Shown: positions 9,055-18,231 of the stretch, piece after piece
How positions within the stretch are numbered: the stretch's first letter is position 1
How the letters are laid out: every line of letters begins with the position of its first letter
From: a virus
Lineage: Duplodnaviria; Caudoviricetes
Virus record (IMG/VR): IMGVR_UViG_3300032332_000464
Coordinates: 1-34,008 of that record
Length of the DNA stretch: 34,008 bases
Strand: one strand, 5' to 3'
Made by a program: the position numbers and the translations under genes
Notes under the pieces: model-generated
What the model was told of the DNA's origin: nothing
The model's input: only the letters and a program-made list of their open reading frames with translations
Databases searched by the model: none

Positions 9055-10020
9055 ATGAGTTTTATTTCTGGTGGCACAACCATTCGGGCCGATATCAACC
9101 AGGCTTTGGTTGAGGCTCCTAACACCGAAACTGGCTTGATCGGAGCAGATGTTCTGCCTTTGCTTCCTGTCTCTGCCAAGAGCGGACAATATTTAAAAGT
9201 TCAGCTTGCACAAGCTGACCTGTTGAACAATGACTCTAAGCCTCGCGCGGCCGCTGGTGACTACGCCCGTGCTGTTCGTTCGTTTGGGACTGATACCTAC
9301 GACACGATCGAGTATGGCCTCGAAGAGCTAATCGATGATAGTTTTCGTGCAGATGCTGACAGGTTTTTTGATCTCGAAGCATCGTCTGCCCGCTTCCTCC
9401 TCCGCCAAATTAAACTTGGCCATGAGAAGCGTGTAAGCGACCTATTGTTTGCAAGCACAACCCCATTCACAACTGCTGACCAGAGTGCAATCTCTGCCTA
9501 CACCAATGCGAATCTTGGAAACATTGATGTGGCTGGTGATGTTGCTGGAGCCCGCACCGAGCTGAATAAGCTTGGTTATGAGGCCAACACAATCATCATG
9601 TCTGCCCCTGTGTTTGAGCGTATCCGCCGCACAACCAAACTCCAGAACCAGTTCTTTGGTGTTGTTTCTGACACCAAGGGCCGTCTTCTGGCTGAAACTG
9701 AAATCGCCGCCGCCCTTGGGGTGGAGCGGGTTTTGGTTGGTCGGGCCGCAATTAACTCTGCTAACAAGAACAAAGCCTACACTGGTGGGTTCATTGTTCC
9801 TAGCACGCAGATCATTGTTGCCAATGTGCAGAGTGGTCAGTTCACTGCTGGTGGAATTGGTCGTACCCTGGTGTGGTCGGCTGATGCCCCTGGTGGTTTT
9901 GTTTCTGAAAGCTATCGTGATGAAGCTCGTCGCTCCAATGTTCTCCGTGTTCGCATGAACACCAGTGAGAAACTCATTGATGCTAACGCGGCTGTTCGTA
10001 TCACCACAAGCTTCGCCTAA
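9055..10020 (+). CDS. Major capsid protein (HK97 fold, lambda E-like)
   Basis: 321 aa, IGADVLPLLPV, EYGLEELID, HEKRV, ANTIIMS, ESYRDE; strong leader, distinct codon usage, followed by terminator. Confidence 0.9.
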   Translation: MSFISGGTTIRADINQALVEAPNTETGLIGADVLPLLPVSAKSGQYLKVQLAQADLLNNDSKPRAAAGDYARAVRSFGTDTYDTIEYGLEELIDDSFRADADRFFDLEASSARFLLRQIKLGHEKRVSDLLFASTTPFTTADQSAISAYTNANLGNIDVAGDVAGARTELNKLGYEANTIIMSAPVFERIRRTTKLQNQFFGVVSDTKGRLLAETEIAAALGVERVLVGRAAINSANKNKAYTGGFIVPSTQIIVANVQSGQFTAGGIGRTLVWSADAPGGFVSESYRDEARRSNVLRVRMNTSEKLIDANAAVRITTSFA

Positions 10021-10043
10021 AGACTGCTGTTGGTGTGTTCCTT

Positions 10044-10086
10044 GTGGGGGCTGGAGGGCTAAAACCTTCCAGCCCCTACTTTTTTT
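10044..10086 (+). terminator. Rho-independent terminator after major capsid gene
   Basis: GTGGGGGCTGGAGGG-CTAAAA-CCTTCCAGCCCCTAC followed by T7. Confidence 0.9.
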
Positions 10087-10232
10087 GACAGGACTAGAAT
10101 ATATTCATACCCCTTACCTAGAAATCCTATGTTAATTGGCAATAAAACCACCTGCTATCAAGATGCTTTTTCCTATCAAGTCATACTTAAGGCTTTACTT
10201 TGAGCTAAAAATAATCACTCTTGAAATCCTAA

Positions 10233-11888
10233 ATGAAGAACAAGCTTTCAGTATATTTAATCGCAGGAAATGAAGAAGCCTATATTTCCAGATGCCTGGA
10301 ATCATTTAAGCCGATGGCAGAAGAGTTTGTTGTTTGCATCTCTAGGGGGAACCTTGAGGCAGACAAAACAGAAGAGATTGCATTGGCTCACGGTGCTAGA
10401 ATTGTTCATTATAAAAATAAAAACAATAATTGGAATCATGTAGATGATTTTGCCTCTGCCAGGAATACAGCCCTGGAGGCTTGCAAGAATGAATGGGCTC
10501 TGTGGGTAGATGCTGATGATGTAATGCAACCAGGAGCAGAAACCCTGGTGGACAATGCCATTGAGGAGGCAGACAAAAGAGGGGCAGATTTAGTTGCATT
10601 TAGATACGATGTTCAGAATGCTGGCCTTATTCCATTGAGAGAAATGGCTAGCAGAAAAGGTAAGTGTAAATGGAGGAACAGGGTTCATGAGGCTCTTGTT
10701 GCTAATGAGCCAGATAAGCTTTTTGGAGTGGATAAAGTGGTTAGGATTCACAAGCCACATGGCTATAAAAAAGCTTCAGCAGATAGAAACTTCACAATTC
10801 TAAAAGACACTCTAGAGCCAGCCCCCAACTCCCTTTATTACACACAGCAAGAATATTTTCTTACAATGAATTTTGAGAAGTGCCTTGAGTTTGGTGAAAT
10901 GGCCTTAATGTTCAAAGACCTTGAGGATACTCTGAGATATGAGGTTCTTTGCAATATGGGCAGATGTGCAAAGCCAGAAAACAGACTAAAATATCTTGGC
11001 CAGGCAATTACTCTCCAGCCAGACAGAAGAGAGGCACACTACTGGACAGCATTGGAATATGCTGGAAGAGGGCAATGGATTAAAGCCTGGGGCTCTGCCA
11101 GGGCGGCCATGAGCTTGCCCAGGCCAGCCACACACTACTGGAACCAGGTAGAAGCCATCTATGGGTGGCAATCAATAGACCTATATGAAACTGCATCTGC
11201 CTGTGTTGGGAAGGCTGATGAAGTGGCAAAGATGAAGAAGATCAAGCCAGCCCCAAGAATCACCCTAGTTCATGCAACTAAGGGCAGACCACAAGTTGCA
11301 TGGCAAAGAAGGTTTCAATGGCTTTCATTGGCTGAAAAGCCCCTGGAGGTTGAGTGGTTATTTATGGTTGATCATGATGATTCTACTGATTATACGCCCC
11401 ACCAAGCTATTAGATGCAATCCTGGTGGTATTATCAATGCTTGGAACCATGGGGCAAAACTGGCAAATTCAGACATTATTGTGCAGATGTCTGATGATTG
11501 GACTCCACCAAGGCACTGGGATGCCTCTATTTGCTCTTTAATTGGCTCTAAAAACACCGATCAAGTGCTGGCCATATCAGATGGCTTTAGAACAGATAAG
11601 CTACTCTGTATGGCCATTCTAAACAAAAAGAGGCTTGAAACCCAAGGTGGGAGGTTATTTCATCCAGACTACCAGGATTCAGATGGGCTATATTCAGATA
11701 ATGAGTTCACAGAAAGAGCCTATGCCGACCAAGTTGTTGTTGAGGCAAGAGATTTGAAGTTCACACATGAGAACCCAATCCACACAGGGAAAGAGGCAGA
11801 CCAGCAACTTGTTCACCACAATAAGCCAGAGTTTTATGAGAAAGGAAAAGCAATATATGAAAAACGCAAAGCAAATAATTGGATGTAG
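10233..11888 (+). CDS. Two-domain GT2-family glycosyltransferase with TPR-like middle
   Basis: LSVYLIAGNEE...DDFASARNTAL...WVDADD...VHEAL; TPR-like helices (PDRREAHY); second GT-A domain LVHATKGRP...MVDHDD...AWNHGA...QMSDD...YSDNEF. Confidence 0.88.
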   Translation: MKNKLSVYLIAGNEEAYISRCLESFKPMAEEFVVCISRGNLEADKTEEIALAHGARIVHYKNKNNNWNHVDDFASARNTALEACKNEWALWVDADDVMQPGAETLVDNAIEEADKRGADLVAFRYDVQNAGLIPLREMASRKGKCKWRNRVHEALVANEPDKLFGVDKVVRIHKPHGYKKASADRNFTILKDTLEPAPNSLYYTQQEYFLTMNFEKCLEFGEMALMFKDLEDTLRYEVLCNMGRCAKPENRLKYLGQAITLQPDRREAHYWTALEYAGRGQWIKAWGSARAAMSLPRPATHYWNQVEAIYGWQSIDLYETASACVGKADEVAKMKKIKPAPRITLVHATKGRPQVAWQRRFQWLSLAEKPLEVEWLFMVDHDDSTDYTPHQAIRCNPGGIINAWNHGAKLANSDIIVQMSDDWTPPRHWDASICSLIGSKNTDQVLAISDGFRTDKLLCMAILNKKRLETQGGRLFHPDYQDSDGLYSDNEFTERAYADQVVVEARDLKFTHENPIHTGKEADQQLVHHNKPEFYEKGKAIYEKRKANNWM

Positions 11889-12111
11889 GAAATCGAAAAA
11901 GGGAGAGAATACAAAGGGGCTTGGTGTGATTACCTTCGGCAAGTCTAGCATAGACAAAACAAAGTATGTGCTAGTCGATATTACCTATGATGAGAAGGCA
12001 GGGAGGGAATTGTATGAGGCTGGGATGCTTGCCTTAAAGCACGACCCAGAAGCCGTTATTGAGTACGCAATCAAAAAAGCATTAGCAGGGATGGCAAAAT
12101 GCAAGAGATAA
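11857..12111 (+). CDS. Hypothetical protein (start uncertain)
   Basis: Fills gap between GT and methyltransferase, overlaps next start. Confidence 0.55.
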   Translation: MKNAKQIIGCRKSKKGENTKGLGVITFGKSSIDKTKYVLVDITYDEKAGRELYEAGMLALKHDPEAVIEYAIKKALAGMAKCKR

Positions 12112-12707
12112 CCATTAACGACCCATTTGGTAGGGCATTAGCTAGATATACTTACAATCTTGATGTTGGACTAGAGATCGGCGGTGGAACTGGGGATGGC
12201 TCAACTCAATGTATTAGGACAAAAAGGCTATTCAGTATTGAGAATCATCCAGACAGAATTGGTAGGCACAGAATGAACCTATCCGCAAGGGGAGGGGTTT
12301 CTATTTGTGGTTCTGCTGTTGCCAGGGAATTGTGGATGAACAAAATGGATGTGCTTGAATTTTATACGAACCAAAAAACCAATCTAAATCAATATCCACT
12401 TGAAGTTGTGAATGGTTGGTATTCTGAATGCTTTAATACAGCACAACAATTTCAAACAAATGCAATCGAGGATATTCACTTTGACCATAATGTTGATTTT
12501 AACTTTGTTCTGATTGATGGCTCCCCATTCTCTGGGGAGGCAGAGCTTAGATGTGCAAGGCCATTCCTGGCAGATAAAGCAATCATCGCTTTGGACGATA
12601 TAAACGACATAAAGAACTGGACTAACTACCATAAGCTGAAAGGCTTTTCAAAACTGCTCTGGGAAGATTGGTCTGTGCGGAATGGAGCCGCTATTTTTGA
12701 ACTATGA
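12099..12707 (+). CDS. Class I SAM-dependent methyltransferase-like protein
   Basis: LEIGGGTGDGST motif I, FVLIDG, IIALDD. Confidence 0.75.
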   Translation: MQEITINDPFGRALARYTYNLDVGLEIGGGTGDGSTQCIRTKRLFSIENHPDRIGRHRMNLSARGGVSICGSAVARELWMNKMDVLEFYTNQKTNLNQYPLEVVNGWYSECFNTAQQFQTNAIEDIHFDHNVDFNFVLIDGSPFSGEAELRCARPFLADKAIIALDDINDIKNWTNYHKLKGFSKLLWEDWSVRNGAAIFEL

Positions 12708-13216
12708 TCAAAGGAATAATTACATCAGAAGCCCCACAAATTCATTGGGAACATCTCAATGTTGCTGGAGGAAGGGTTTTAGATTTGGGATGTGCATTCT
12801 GGACACAGGCAGAGAGAGAAGAGGGGAATGGAACAGCTAAATATTTTCTGTCTCAAAAGCCAGAATTTTACATGGGTGTGGACACCAACCAGGGAGACAT
12901 CACAACCCTTTCAGAGCAATACCCACAAGGAAAGTTCATCTGTGAAAAGGCAGACTCTGGCTTTCAGATGGATTCTTGGATAACTGAAAATTCAATTACT
13001 CATGTTAAATGTGATATTGAGGGAGACGAAGCCCACCTGTTGCAGATTGGGAATGTTCACAATCTAAAAGAGATTGCCATTGAGTTGCACTATTCAGATC
13101 GTTGGCTTGCAGAATTTATGGATTGGTTCAAGTCTATTGGATTTGAGTGTTACAGGCATGACTCAGTTTCTTTCTGCTCAGAAATTAGTGTTATTTATGC
13201 CAGACTAAAATGCTAA
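12704..13216 (+). CDS. FkbM-like SAM methyltransferase
   Basis: VLDLGC, MGVD, VKCDIEGDE, IAIELH. Confidence 0.78.
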   Translation: MIKGIITSEAPQIHWEHLNVAGGRVLDLGCAFWTQAEREEGNGTAKYFLSQKPEFYMGVDTNQGDITTLSEQYPQGKFICEKADSGFQMDSWITENSITHVKCDIEGDEAHLLQIGNVHNLKEIAIELHYSDRWLAEFMDWFKSIGFECYRHDSVSFCSEISVIYARLKC

Positions 13217-13980
13217 CAATCTTCACCATTGTTCTTAATGGGATGCCATACATCAACAGGCATCTTGATGAGTTCAAGAAACTAAAGATTCCCTGGCAGT
13301 GGAGAATTGTAGAGGGAGTTTCAGAACCCTTGGGATGCACTAGGTGGTGCAACCAGGTTCCAGACAAATGGCACAAGAACTTTGTGAGTGTTGATGGAAC
13401 CCATGAATATCTAAACAGCATCAATGAGCCCAATGTTTCAGTTTATTGGCAAGCTAGGCCATTCCCAGGGAAGCTGGCGATGATTAAGGAGGCATTGCAG
13501 GGTGTTGAAAAAGGAGTGGTTATGGAGGTAGATGCTGATGAAATGTGGAGAGCAGACCAGCTTGATGCAATCTATGGGCATTTGAAGGGATGTGAAGAGG
13601 GCAGGGCAATGCAGTTCTACTGCAATTACTATGTTGGACAAAATAAAAAGATTGTGACTAGGCAGGGCTTGGGCTCTAACTGGTATGAATGGTTCAGAGC
13701 CTGGAAGTGGGGAAAGGGCATTGAGTTTATAAGCCATGAGCCACCAAAGCTAAATGTGAATGGGCTCATGATTCCCAGGGGAATGACAGAAGCCTGGGGC
13801 TTAACCTTTGATCATTTTGCCTATGCCACCAGGGAACAGGTAGAGTTTAAGGAAGATTTCTATGGATATAAAGGGCTTGTTGAGGGATGGGAGAAGCTAC
13901 AGGAAACAAGGGGGCCGGTAAGGCTTGCAGAGTATATGCCATTTGTAGCAGATAAGAGTGTTGCTGATGACTCAGCCTAG
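13210..13980 (+). CDS. GT-A fold glycosyltransferase (GT2-like)
   Basis: FTIVLNGMPYI, SVDGTHEYL, EVDADEMW, FDHFAY. Confidence 0.82.
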   Translation: MLTIFTIVLNGMPYINRHLDEFKKLKIPWQWRIVEGVSEPLGCTRWCNQVPDKWHKNFVSVDGTHEYLNSINEPNVSVYWQARPFPGKLAMIKEALQGVEKGVVMEVDADEMWRADQLDAIYGHLKGCEEGRAMQFYCNYYVGQNKKIVTRQGLGSNWYEWFRAWKWGKGIEFISHEPPKLNVNGLMIPRGMTEAWGLTFDHFAYATREQVEFKEDFYGYKGLVEGWEKLQETRGPVRLAEYMPFVADKSVADDSA

Positions 13981-14644
13981 AACAATCAAATACAGCCAGA
14001 GGCTTGGGGATGTGCTTAGATGCCTTCCGGCTTGTAAGTATTTAGCAGACCAGGGGCATGAGGTGTTCTTTGATTGCTATGCCCAGTATCATGGTGTCTT
14101 TGAAATGGTTTCCTATGTGAAAGCTGGCCACAGGCAGGGGCTTGTGATTGACTTGGAGATTTGGCCAGCCAGATATGATGAATACAGGAAATCAAAAAAG
14201 CCATGGCATGATTTTGTATATTCCCATCATTCTATTAAGGATGCAGACAGAACAAACATTGTTTTAGACAACCTGGACAAATCACCAGCAGTAGGACTTC
14301 CAGAAGAGTTTAATCTTGTTGCACCTTTTGGCGTCAGCCAGGGAGACAGAAGGAATCCTGTTGAGATTATTCAAGATGCAGTCAGTGAATTAGGCACTGA
14401 TAATACAATCATTCTATGCCCACCAGGCTCCTTTCAAATCCATGGCATTAGAACCTATACAGCACCAACCATTGCAGACATGGCAAGAGCCATAAGGGAT
14501 GCCAAGGAGTTTATTTGTATCAACTCAAGCCCAGCAGTAGTTGCTTCAGCAGTTAGGCTTGGAAAGGAGACCAGGGTTTACGGCCAGAGGAATGAGTTCA
14601 TCCAGGACAACATTCATTACTTTGATGGGCTTGTTATTGTATAA
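13967..14644 (+). CDS. GT9-like (heptosyltransferase-fold) glycosyltransferase
   Basis: QRLGDVLRCLPA and AKEFICINSSPAVVASAV match GT9 N- and C-terminal motifs; short for the family. Confidence 0.72.
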   Translation: MTQPRTIKYSQRLGDVLRCLPACKYLADQGHEVFFDCYAQYHGVFEMVSYVKAGHRQGLVIDLEIWPARYDEYRKSKKPWHDFVYSHHSIKDADRTNIVLDNLDKSPAVGLPEEFNLVAPFGVSQGDRRNPVEIIQDAVSELGTDNTIILCPPGSFQIHGIRTYTAPTIADMARAIRDAKEFICINSSPAVVASAVRLGKETRVYGQRNEFIQDNIHYFDGLVIV

Positions 14645-14663
14645 TTGACACAACTTTAGGTCT

Positions 14664-14981
14664 GTGGGTGGCTTAATCCAAACTTCCTATTTCAGTTCAG
14701 ACTTGAACTACATGATAATAGACCTGTGGCAATCTGTCACTGGTCTTGGTTCCAATGCTGTTTCTGCCAGTGTAACAGACCTGGCCGTGTCATCTGAATT
14801 AGATGTTGGTGGAGATGTTTTTAGAATTACGCAGAGTGCAGTTGTCTGTGCATCCATGATTTCTGCCCCTGTAATTGGAAACCTTTGCACGGTATCTGGT
14901 ATTGAGAGGATGATTGCTGGATTCTCACAATCCACAGACGGCCTTTCCTATACAATAGACCTGGCAGAGATTACAACCTAA
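14664..14981 (+). CDS. Probable head closure / head-tail adaptor protein
   Basis: 105 aa, beta-rich, GTG start, first gene of neck block. Confidence 0.5.
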   Translation: MGGLIQTSYFSSDLNYMIIDLWQSVTGLGSNAVSASVTDLAVSSELDVGGDVFRITQSAVVCASMISAPVIGNLCTVSGIERMIAGFSQSTDGLSYTIDLAEITT

Positions 14982-14985
14982 AGCC

Positions 14986-15402
14986 ATGGCATCCATTGAA
15001 AGAGAGGTTGAGAATGGGCTTCTCAATGCTGTCTCTGCTGTAACTGGTCTTAATGCCTACACAAGTGAAAGAGGAGATGCAAGACTGCTCCCAAACATGG
15101 TGGCACAAGCCCAGATTGGTTCTGAAATTCTCGGCCCCTTTACAGGTGTTTTTAGTGTACCAGCAACCATTACCTATACAGCCAGGGCTGATTCAACAAC
15201 CAGGGTGGCATTTGATGCCAAGTTCCAGGACATCATGAACCAGCTTTACAGGGCTCCAGACCTGCCAACTTACATGACAAATGTTTCAAGCATCTCTGTT
15301 TATGTTGCTAAAGTAACAAGTGAAAGCCCACAGATCATTTCCCAGAATAGAACATGGTCAAAAACAATCACATTGGACATAAGTGCAACAGCTAAAAAAT
15401 GA
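14986..15402 (+). CDS. Probable tail terminator-like neck protein (paralog 1)
   Basis: Size and position; aligns over full length with next ORF. Confidence 0.55.
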   Translation: MASIEREVENGLLNAVSAVTGLNAYTSERGDARLLPNMVAQAQIGSEILGPFTGVFSVPATITYTARADSTTRVAFDAKFQDIMNQLYRAPDLPTYMTNVSSISVYVAKVTSESPQIISQNRTWSKTITLDISATAKK

Positions 15403-15890
15403 ACCAATCAACTCAACTTAACCTGGAGAATGCTATTGCAAAGATTCTTTTCAGCGTATCCAATGTTAATGTTTATACTGCCAATCGTGTTGGGGGTAGG
15501 CTTTTCCCATATATAACCATCCAGGCATCTATAAACTCCCAGCTTCTTGGGAATTACACTGGTGTCTATGATTTAAATGTTCTAGTGAACTATTCAGATA
15601 CTGCTGATAAGATTACCCAAGAGGACTTTGACTCAAAGTATTGCGACATATTCAATGCCTTTTATGAGCAAGCACCAAGCCTGGTGATTAAGATTCAGAA
15701 TGTAATATCCAATACAAAGGTATTCATGGCCAGGATTGTAAGCCAGACTCCATCCATAAGAACAGACAAGGATGCATGGCAAAGAGGCTTAACATTGAAT
15801 ATATTTGCAACACCATCAGAACTAGACGATGGCTTGAGGTCTTTGAGATTCTTTGAAGAACAAAACTCAATGTATGTCGCAATCATTTAA
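15399..15890 (+). CDS. Probable tail terminator-like neck protein (paralog 2, C-terminally extended)
   Basis: Paralog of 14986-15402 with extra LDDGLRSLRFFEEQNSMYVAII tail. Confidence 0.55.
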   Translation: MNQSTQLNLENAIAKILFSVSNVNVYTANRVGGRLFPYITIQASINSQLLGNYTGVYDLNVLVNYSDTADKITQEDFDSKYCDIFNAFYEQAPSLVIKIQNVISNTKVFMARIVSQTPSIRTDKDAWQRGLTLNIFATPSELDDGLRSLRFFEEQNSMYVAII

Positions 15891-15906
15891 CAAGGGATAG
15901 GGGTAT

Positions 15907-16995
15907 ATGGCACTTCCCATTTTAGACGGCAACCAGACAGCAACCACACTGGCAACTACGGTTTCTGGTTCAGCCCATTACCCAAACCACATTATAGCCT
16001 CTGGAACGGTTACAGCTAACGCTGGTGGTGATTTTTCAAGTTCAATAGAAAATGTTTATGATGTTGGGAATGTAAGCAAAAAAATTGCCGTACAACTTTA
16101 TGATGATAATGGAAGTGCGGTTGGAGTTACAAACAATCCTTTACCCATCTATGGCACGGTTACGGCAAATCTAGGTTCTGCTCTCCCCACCGGCACAAAC
16201 CGCATTGGAGTAGTGACGATTGGAGCAGGGACGGTAACAATTGGAGCAGGGACGGCACAGATTGGGAGTGTTACCGCAAGCGGAACCGTAACTGCAAATA
16301 TAGGTGGGATTGCAAACAGCGTAACCCTACCAGTTCGTCTTTTTGCTGAAAAGTTTGGGGAAGCTCCCTCTGGTCAAGACACACTTCTAGTTTGCAATTC
16401 TAGTGGAATGCTTTTGGTAGATGCTAATTCTGGTGGAAGCTCAGTTTTGGGATATGATGGGAATGCCTTTGTTCAGGTTAAGCAAGTTCCTGGTTCGTCT
16501 GTAACGATTGGAAACAGCGTCACAATTAGCTCACTTCCAGCATTAGTCGCTGGCACAGCACAAATCGGCTCAGTCACGGCATCTATCTCAAACAGCCTCA
16601 CCATTGGCTCGCTACCCGCCTTAGTCGCAGGCACGGCCCAGATCGGCTCTGTCACCGCATCCATATCGAACAGCGTCACGATTGCGTCTCTCCCTGCGAT
16701 TAGTGGAACGGTTACGGCCAATCTTTCAATCTCTTCCTCAGCCATCACCTCTGGAAGTTTTACATCACTCACATCAGCCACCCTAGTCCCTGCCAATACC
16801 GCCCGCAAGATGGCAACCGTCTACAACCTTGGAGCAGGGCAGTTGTTTATAAATGCAGGAGCAAGTGCGACCACGCTAGGTGGCGGGTTTATGGTGGCAC
16901 TTAATAGCGGGGATTTCTACGAGTGCGGCTATACCACTACCACCCTCTCGGCTATCTTTGCCACCGCTGGCACAGCTAGCTGGGTTAGTCATTAA
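15907..16995 (+). CDS. Repeat-rich fibre/appendage structural protein
   Basis: Gly/Ser/Thr/Val-rich; GTVTAN and GTAQIGSVTAS repeats; C-terminal ARKMATVYNLG beta domain. Confidence 0.65.
   Translation: MALPILDGNQTATTLATTVSGSAHYPNHIIASGTVTANAGGDFSSSIENVYDVGNVSKKIAVQLYDDNGSAVGVTNNPLPIYGTVTANLGSALPTGTNRIGVVTIGAGTVTIGAGTAQIGSVTASGTVTANIGGIANSVTLPVRLFAEKFGEAPSGQDTLLVCNSSGMLLVDANSGGSSVLGYDGNAFVQVKQVPGSSVTIGNSVTISSLPALVAGTAQIGSVTASISNSLTIGSLPALVAGTAQIGSVTASISNSVTIASLPAISGTVTANLSISSSAITSGSFTSLTSATLVPANTARKMATVYNLGAGQLFINAGASATTLGGGFMVALNSGDFYECGYTTTTLSAIFATAGTASWVSH
16531..16698 (+). repeat. 78-bp (26-aa) tandem coding repeat, two full copies plus partial
   Basis: Units start 16531, 16609, 16687 encoding SLPALVAGTAQIGSVTASISNS(L/V)TI(G/A). 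Confidence 0.9.
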
Positions 16996-17005
16996 GGAGC
17001 AGACG

Positions 17006-17701
17006 ATGCCTCTTACAAAAGCCACTTTTAAAGAGTTGGTATCAAGCGATGATTTACCAGTTGGATATTTTAGGAATGGAATTCCATTTTCTGCTGGAAC
17101 AAGTCAAGCCTCTGTTCCAATAGTTCCTTCTTCTGGGGCAACAGACACAACATCCTTTTCTGCATTCTATGTTCCAACTAATGGAACTTATGAAGTTAGA
17201 TATCTAATAACATCTTATACGAGTGGTAATATCCAAGAAGCTATATTTGAATATAAGCCAGACCTACTTGGAGTTGGTCAAACAATAATAAATCAAAATT
17301 GGACATCACCAAGCATATCGACTAGAATTATTAGTGATTGTATAATGAAAAAGGGGATTTATTGGCTATGTTTAAGAGCATCAAATGGGTCGTCTGCTAT
17401 TGGTGCAAGTTGTTGCTCAAGAACTGTGACGGCATCTGGTCTTGCTGGAAGTCCAGACATTGGATTCTCTGTAAATAATTTTCCACTCAATGGGTCGGGT
17501 TTTTCTCTTGGTTTTAGTTCTACTTTAAATCTTTATCAGTATTTGTTATGGGATAATTCAACAACACCAAACGCAACTCAAATAAACTATAACGGAACAT
17601 TGTCTGATTTTTCTCCTTATCAAAATATACAAAGCAGATATTATCTCTACCCAACCGTAGCAACATTGTTATGGAAAATTGGTTTAAAAAGAACTGGTTA
17701 A
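17006..17701 (+). CDS. Putative receptor-binding/fibre-associated protein
   Basis: ATG 17006 after AAGGAG; Ser/aromatic-rich beta protein, GIYWL motif, AT-richer than neighbours. Confidence 0.55.
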   Translation: MPLTKATFKELVSSDDLPVGYFRNGIPFSAGTSQASVPIVPSSGATDTTSFSAFYVPTNGTYEVRYLITSYTSGNIQEAIFEYKPDLLGVGQTIINQNWTSPSISTRIISDCIMKKGIYWLCLRASNGSSAIGASCCSRTVTASGLAGSPDIGFSVNNFPLNGSGFSLGFSSTLNLYQYLLWDNSTTPNATQINYNGTLSDFSPYQNIQSRYYLYPTVATLLWKIGLKRTG

Positions 17702-17702
17702 A

Positions 17703-17822
17703 ATGCCCCTCCTCCTCCTCGCCCTCTTGCTGTGCTCTTGCTCGCCACGCACAACGGACAACAACGCCCTGCCACGATATAGCGATATGGGTGCGGCTGA
17801 AGATGCGGGGAAGGTGAAATGA
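17703..17822 (+). CDS. 39-aa lipoprotein (not in ORF track)
   Basis: MPLLLLALLLCSCSPRTTDNNALPRYSDMGAAEDAGKVK; hydrophobic run plus LCSC lipobox; abuts both neighbours. Confidence 0.65.
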   Translation: MPLLLLALLLCSCSPRTTDNNALPRYSDMGAAEDAGKVK

Positions 17823-17978
17823 ATGAGTTCGACAGAAGAAATTGATTGGTCTAGGGTATCTGATCAAGAGAAAATTGCGGCGCTGTCCTATCTTTTTGAT
17901 GAAGGATTTATTGAGGCATACCAGGATAAGGGTGGAGAATGGTTCATTAGAGTCACTGAGGCAGGTTCAAGGCTATGA
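17823..17978 (+). CDS. 51-aa hypothetical protein (not in ORF track)
   Basis: MSSTEEIDWSRVSDQEKIAALSYLFDEGFIEAYQDKGGEWFIRVTEAGSRL; winged-helix-like wing; ATGA overlap with next gene. Confidence 0.65.
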   Translation: MSSTEEIDWSRVSDQEKIAALSYLFDEGFIEAYQDKGGEWFIRVTEAGSRL

Positions 17979-18208
17979 GTGAAAATGACTCTAGTGAGAT
18001 AAAGGAGCGCCTGGCCAGGATGGAGGAACGCCAAAAGAATATTGGAGCCATGCTTGAGATGAGCCTTTCTAGGTATGCAGACCTGGTGAATAGGGTAAAT
18101 ACCTTGGAGATATTGAAGCACAGAATGCTTGGAATGGTTGCTGTTTGTGGATTTTTATTCACCATTGGATGGGAAATAATAAAATCAAAATTTCTTGCTA
18201 AACCCTAA
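17975..18208 (+). CDS. Coiled-coil protein with C-terminal TM helix (XhlA/holin-like)
   Basis: ERLARMEERQKNI coiled coil and MLGMVAVCGFLFTIGW TM segment. Confidence 0.6.
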   Translation: MSENDSSEIKERLARMEERQKNIGAMLEMSLSRYADLVNRVNTLEILKHRMLGMVAVCGFLFTIGWEIIKSKFLAKP

Positions 18209-18231
18209 CTTGACATAAAGGAGACATTACT

